A DNA stretch of 64,000 bases from the NCBI RefSeq assembly GCF_964204645.1, contig NC_134031.1, forward strand, positions 10,604,088 through 10,668,087, read 5' to 3'. Below are positions 63,901-64,000 of this stretch, piece after piece; position 1 is the first letter of the stretch, and the number at the start of each line of letters is the position of its first letter. Both the position numbers and the translations under genes were made by a program. Source of the DNA: Tubulanus polymorphus (Eukaryota > Animalia > Nemertea). Under the pieces are notes generated by a model. It searched no databases. It saw nothing but the letters and a program-made list of their open reading frames with translations, and had not been told where the DNA came from.

Positions 63901-63993
63901 TGGTTTTGTGCTTGCAATGTATAAACCATTGGTATTTAGTCGGTGTTTCACTTGCTGACAGTTATATACCTGCAGAACGTCATTCCCGGAAAA
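643..63993 (-). CDS. UBR4: E3 ubiquitin-protein ligase UBR4 (p600), internal part: 26 exons, 1421 codons, 5' and 3' ends outside the window
   Basis: Exons join through GT-AG introns with consistent phases (4263 nt). Peptides match vertebrate UBR4 as I recall it, e.g. [111 protein letters not shown]. Confidence 0.98.
1068..1404. mobile_element. MITE, PIF/Harbinger-superfamily-like, 3-bp TSD CAG
   Basis: Ends AGGCGCAT...ATGCGCCT flanked by CAG on both sides (1065-1067, 1405-1407); many internal AAACC/GGTTT motifs. Confidence 0.7.
2692..2870 (-). CDS. UBR4: UBR4 exon (start of the cysteine-rich zinc-binding region)
   Basis: ctag|[16 protein letters not shown]...CPRC...CSNC...CHKC|gtttgt. Confidence 0.96.
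2997..3690 (-). repeat. HINE family A, partial copy without a DIRS insert
   Basis: Begins with hairpin ttgcccatgggcaa plus ggtttaacttg and is colinear with 7184-8105/14166-14480; right end approximate. Confidence 0.7.
3917..3977 (-). CDS. UBR4: UBR4 exon
   Basis: ccag|[20 protein letters not shown]|gtaaga. Confidence 0.95.
4800..5450. repeat. Degenerate tandem repeat, ~190-250-bp units
   Basis: aaagcaYtgtcgRgccRtaaacat at ~4828 and ~5077; ttcagccacgggYttc-like motif at ~4979, ~5208, ~5399. Confidence 0.5.
6080..6600 (-). mobile_element. Decayed non-LTR retrotransposon (LINE) reverse-transcriptase fragment
   Basis: Minus strand reads [15 protein letters not shown] (~6220-6264) and a broken VFMDF..KAFDKV motif (~6405-6445); boundaries approximate. 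Confidence 0.7.
6717..6910 (-). CDS. UBR4: UBR4 exon
   Basis: gtag|[26 protein letters not shown]...[11 protein letters not shown]...VVELKN|gtaagt. Confidence 0.96.
7468..8020. mobile_element. Tourist-like (PIF/Harbinger) MITE, TSD TAA
   Basis: ~40-bp TIRs GGGCATCCCAAAATAAT.../...ATTATTTTGGGATGGCC with TAA on both sides; the empty site (aataaaattcatatga) is visible in paralogous repeats at ~3215 and ~25180. Confidence 0.88.
8328..8424. other. DIRS internal complementary region (ICR)
   Basis: First half is the reverse complement of the left terminus (8106-8163); second half is the reverse complement of the right terminus (~14125-14165). Confidence 0.93.
8690..11596 (-). pseudogene. DIRS copy 1 tyrosine recombinase ORF, overlapping pol, frameshifted
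   Basis: [38 protein letters not shown] and [11 protein letters not shown] (catalytic H-x-x-R and Tyr) spread across frames; 3' end approximate. Confidence 0.9.
9630..11751 (-). pseudogene. DIRS copy 1 pol: reverse transcriptase, RNase H and adenine-methyltransferase-like domain
   Basis: [28 protein letters not shown] (for YLDD), [36 protein letters not shown]...DAFSLDW..AYAFPP; one in-frame stop at 10456-10458; 3' end approximate. Confidence 0.93.
11618..13722 (-). pseudogene. DIRS copy 1 gag-like ORF1, frameshifted
   Basis: ATG at 13722; N-terminal Cys/His cluster ([15 protein letters not shown]); SR/PV-rich low-complexity middle; split over ORFs 13005-13697, 12127-12963 and 11618-12115. 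Confidence 0.85.
13935..14166. repeat. Tandem duplication of the DIRS terminal segment (120 bp and 112 bp)
   Basis: ccggtggctaaatgcaatacc...gaaatata occurs at 13935-14054 and again at 14055-14166. Confidence 0.92.
15276..19541 (-). mobile_element. HINE family A, second copy, containing DIRS copy 2
   Basis: Same termini as 7184-14946 (aaattgcccatg...ggtttaccttg; caaaggttaaccaaaaa); 19025-19541 is colinear with 14455-14946. Confidence 0.75.
15396..18977 (-). mobile_element. DIRS copy 2, same family as copy 1, internally deleted, ITRs lost
   Basis: Starts at the ICR and is colinear with copy 1 (roughly 85-90% identity by eye); RT core deleted at ~17840, most of gag deleted at ~18510, part of YR deleted at ~15940. 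Confidence 0.93.
20290..20377 (-). CDS. UBR4: UBR4 exon
   Basis: atag|[29 protein letters not shown]|gtgagt. Confidence 0.96.
20464..20549 (-). CDS. UBR4: UBR4 exon
   Basis: tcag|[28 protein letters not shown]|gtaagt. Confidence 0.94.
20666..20810 (-). CDS. UBR4: UBR4 exon
   Basis: gcag|[41 protein letters not shown]...|gtacat. Confidence 0.94.
21181..21352 (-). CDS. UBR4: UBR4 exon
   Basis: tcag|...[26 protein letters not shown]|gtttgt. Confidence 0.94.
22000..22418. mobile_element. Tc1/mariner (pogo/Tigger-like) MITE
   Basis: TIRs CAGTAGAACTGGCATAAGTCAGACA / TGTCCGACTTTCGCCAGTTCTACTG; TA on the left, CA on the right; a related solo end lies at ~25645-25671. Confidence 0.8.
22906..24172 (-). 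mobile_element. HINE family B, complete, with four 154-bp tandem units
   Basis: subTIR GCCCACTTGGGA near both ends, terminal stem-loop agcccgctgggactaaagtcccaagtgggct, (GGAC)n tract; units start at 22981, 23135, 23289, 23443. Confidence 0.85.
24250..24590 (-). mobile_element. Highly decayed LINE RT fragment
   Basis: Minus-strand remnants resembling PISCLPV, GRLFE, STTDH and LFDIK in the order expected for non-LTR RT. Confidence 0.5.
25030..25312 (-). repeat. HINE family A fragment showing the empty sites for both the MITE and the DIRS
   Basis: Reads ...caaataaaattcatatg...ggccgcggaagctaaaacaccgg...attagatcgttt continuously. Confidence 0.8.
25773..25925 (-). CDS. UBR4: UBR4 exon
   Basis: acag|[32 protein letters not shown]...|gtatgt. 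Confidence 0.94.
27587..30204 (+). mobile_element. piggyBac DNA transposon, 2618 bp, TTAA TSD
   Basis: TTAA|CCCTTTTAGGTTCA ... TGAACTCAAAAAGG|TTAA (14-bp imperfect TIR) around one transposase ORF. Confidence 0.95.
27845..29899 (+). CDS. piggyBac transposase with intact DDD triad and a frameshift in the C-terminal Cys-rich domain
   Basis: Acidic N-terminus, [51 protein letters not shown]; ATG at 27845; the restored stop would be 29821-29823. Confidence 0.93.
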   Translation: MNAEQVLAEIFADDESRDDDFVAESSDSNTAGDISDDSDIEENENYTPPKASPYPDPAPSDSSSDGEPCHADFENQETPLQPQRAGRARGRSRGRAVGERVRLRCRGHGRGRGRGIRHGGRNNATQNPRARQNADDGWIDGTNHNPTLLPPVTTVDPGKPSVNVDGANFYDFFLLCWPREVTDMLVAEMNCYYGQYMIDRDDDYLSKRWKPVGFDEMQQFLGLILLYGATRKDPYSNRWSRKWFLEIPGLRFVMSCNRYKDIWKFLHTVNNENAVPHGQDGYDRCFKIRKLIETASQAWQDAYNLEKHISIDESMCAFKGRIHFLQYLPKKPKKWGLKVWVLAGSETGYCYSWVLYSGKENEGERNLGDRVVRQLTTNLPPGHILFTDNFYTNVALCEYLETKNIGYCGTIKSNRVGNPDVLKIFKKSTRKETLADISPMYKSKGNILAIGWMDKRPVCLISSVHSAGERDKRIRDQHRPGGFRSLKKPIAVDEYNRYMGGVDRSDQMNSYYIPEQRTVKWWKKIFSHLLNTAVTNAYILYKSVTPRDLLLSHREYRLRLIDKLLQSNDRKSNIGVGRPSANIPELRLIERNFPEKLVNSKPECVVCTQRDGGRYIRRKQTTSRCKNCVGSVGLFLSPVLKFSTQSWTTSSIIKIISCSNKGKKQFYSSYSSFKVFIIFGENYN
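30841..31580. repeat. HINE-like repeat with ~140-bp units containing caagatggc
   Basis: Begins aacaaaAGGCCCATGGGCCT hairpin; caagatgg... recurs at ~31121, ~31258, ~31402. Confidence 0.5.
34142..34220 (-). CDS. UBR4: UBR4 exon
   Basis: tcag|[26 protein letters not shown]|gtaagt. Confidence 0.94.
35030..35251 (-). CDS. UBR4: UBR4 exon
   Basis: tcag|[35 protein letters not shown]...YDQLITL|gtgagt. Confidence 0.96.
35351..36872 (-). mobile_element. HINE family C copy with an internal MITE
   Basis: aacaagagccccaagcggcac start; colinear with 58007-58745 and continuing to the taggctcagcctac end at ~36930 (end coordinate approximate). Confidence 0.75.
36038..36770. mobile_element. hAT-like MITE with 6-bp TSD (AAAATT)
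   Basis: CAGGGATGAGAA...TTCTCATCTCTG; AAAATT at 36032-36037 and 36771-36776; empty site ttcaaaattcagct in other family C copies. Confidence 0.85.
37810..37958 (-). CDS. UBR4: UBR4 exon
   Basis: acag|[27 protein letters not shown]...WFHFLCE|gtaagt. Confidence 0.95.
39216..42090 (-). pseudogene. DIRS copy 3 YR and pol remnants
   Basis: [72 protein letters not shown], many stops and frameshifts. Confidence 0.88.
40625..41137. mobile_element. Solo LTR (TG...CA, 513 bp, 4-bp TSD) inserted in DIRS copy 3
   Basis: CCTC|TGAAATAAA...TTTCATAACA|CCTC; removing it restores the RNase H motif QNQGGTRS. Confidence 0.8.
45191..45404 (-). CDS. UBR4: UBR4 exon
   Basis: tcag|[14 protein letters not shown]...[12 protein letters not shown]|gtaaat. 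Confidence 0.94.
47250..48295. mobile_element. hAT-like MITE with 5-bp TSD (GAGGT) inside ISL2EU
   Basis: CAATGCTTCATCTAGC...GCTAGATGAAGCACTG; GAGGT at 47245-47249 and 48296-48300; subterminal GCCCTT repeats. Confidence 0.85.
47405..48023. mobile_element. MITE nested in the 5-bp-TSD MITE
   Basis: CAGGGCTTTCAAAAT...ATTTTGAAAGCCCTA inverted ends; TSD not recognisable. Confidence 0.6.
48674..49938 (-). pseudogene. ISL2EU transposase (THAP-like, HTH and Harbinger-type DDE domains), disrupted
   Basis: CCFC...KVCSNHF...[70 protein letters not shown]. Confidence 0.9.
50015..50575 (+). pseudogene. ISL2EU second ORF remnant (SAP-like N-terminus, probable YqaJ-exonuclease C-terminus, core deleted)
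   Basis: [21 protein letters not shown] (SAP-like) and CFFVVWT...[11 protein letters not shown], which resembles YqaJ C-termini; recognised from memory of the family. Confidence 0.65.
52048..52173 (-). CDS. UBR4: UBR4 exon
   Basis: tcag|[31 protein letters not shown]...|gtttgt. Confidence 0.92.
52424..52628 (-). CDS. UBR4: UBR4 exon
   Basis: ccag|[13 protein letters not shown]...[11 protein letters not shown]...NFVQE|gtaaat. Confidence 0.95.
52701..52851 (-). CDS. UBR4: UBR4 exon
   Basis: acag|[10 protein letters not shown]...|gtaggt. Confidence 0.92.
53531..53765 (-). CDS. UBR4: UBR4 exon (Ser/Gly-rich)
   Basis: gtag|[14 protein letters not shown]...[35 protein letters not shown]...|gtaaga. 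Confidence 0.95.
54171..54335 (-). CDS. UBR4: UBR4 exon (contains UIM-like [16 protein letters not shown])
   Basis: atag|EEMELE...NPSPLEALL...ALSLQEQ|gtaaat. Confidence 0.95.
54588..54800 (-). CDS. UBR4: UBR4 exon
   Basis: atag|[31 protein letters not shown]...|gtaaat. Confidence 0.92.
55110..55231 (-). CDS. UBR4: UBR4 exon
   Basis: ttag|[18 protein letters not shown]...MLLCE|gtaatt. Confidence 0.93.
55308..55448 (-). CDS. UBR4: UBR4 exon
   Basis: ccag|...[29 protein letters not shown]|gtacag. Confidence 0.92.
55690..56256 (-). repeat. Fused HINE fragments: family A (55690-55920) then family B (55928-56256)
   Basis: gtgaatgttcgcttacac... matches 14455-14645; the rest matches 23835-24157. 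Confidence 0.75.
57086..57428 (-). repeat. HINE family C right half, preceded by the end of another HINE
   Basis: aaaacccggaagtaaaacgg...taggctcagcctacggctggcctaaaaa; upstream stem-loop aagtctaagctacgctaagcttagactt. Confidence 0.8.
57473..57650 (-). CDS. UBR4: UBR4 exon
   Basis: gtag|[12 protein letters not shown]...[24 protein letters not shown]...|gtactg; the donor is weak but the phase fits. Confidence 0.88.
57954..58990. mobile_element. hAT-like MITE with 6-bp TSD (TAACGT/TAATGT), containing a family C HINE (58007-58745)
   Basis: CAGGGATGAA...TTCATCCCTA; flanks 57948-57953 and 58991-58996 differ by one CpG-type transition. Confidence 0.7.
59697..60960 (-). mobile_element. HINE family B, complete, four 151-154-bp units
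   Basis: Colinear end to end with 22906-24172; units start at ~59776, 59927, 60080, 60234. Confidence 0.87.
61681..61882 (-). CDS. UBR4: UBR4 exon
   Basis: atag|[13 protein letters not shown]...AYYNHK|gtatca. Confidence 0.93.
62550..62766 (-). CDS. UBR4: UBR4 exon
   Basis: ttag|[30 protein letters not shown]...|gtagga. Confidence 0.94.
63595..63676 (-). CDS. UBR4: UBR4 exon
   Basis: ccag|[27 protein letters not shown]|gtgagt. Confidence 0.93.
63772..63993 (-). CDS. UBR4: UBR4 exon (first in window)
   Basis: ttgtag|[25 protein letters not shown]...EIFGRNTP|gtgagt. Confidence 0.93.
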
Positions 63994-64000
63994 CTACAAT

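Overview
AT-rich metazoan genomic DNA, probably from a marine invertebrate (inferred from the repeat types). The whole window lies inside one gene, UBR4/p600 (giant N-recognin E3/E4 ubiquitin ligase), on the minus strand. I assembled 26 GT-AG exons by hand (643..63993, 4263 nt, 1421 codons, splice phases consistent throughout); both ends of the gene are outside the window. About 93% of the window is intron and is packed with nested transposable elements: three DIRS tyrosine-recombinase retrotransposons (two families), a nearly intact piggyBac, a decayed ISL2EU element, a solo LTR, several MITEs with 2-, 3-, 5- and 6-bp target duplications, LINE fragments, and many Helentron-associated non-autonomous elements (HINE/DINE-1-like). 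The most interesting signals are a HINE that appears to carry a DIRS retrotransposon as cargo in two adjacent copies, a DIRS integration junction that can be reconstructed to the base, and a uniform orientation of HINEs and DIRS relative to the host gene. No prokaryotic system, RNA gene or CRISPR array is supported. All alignments were made by eye; no database search was run.
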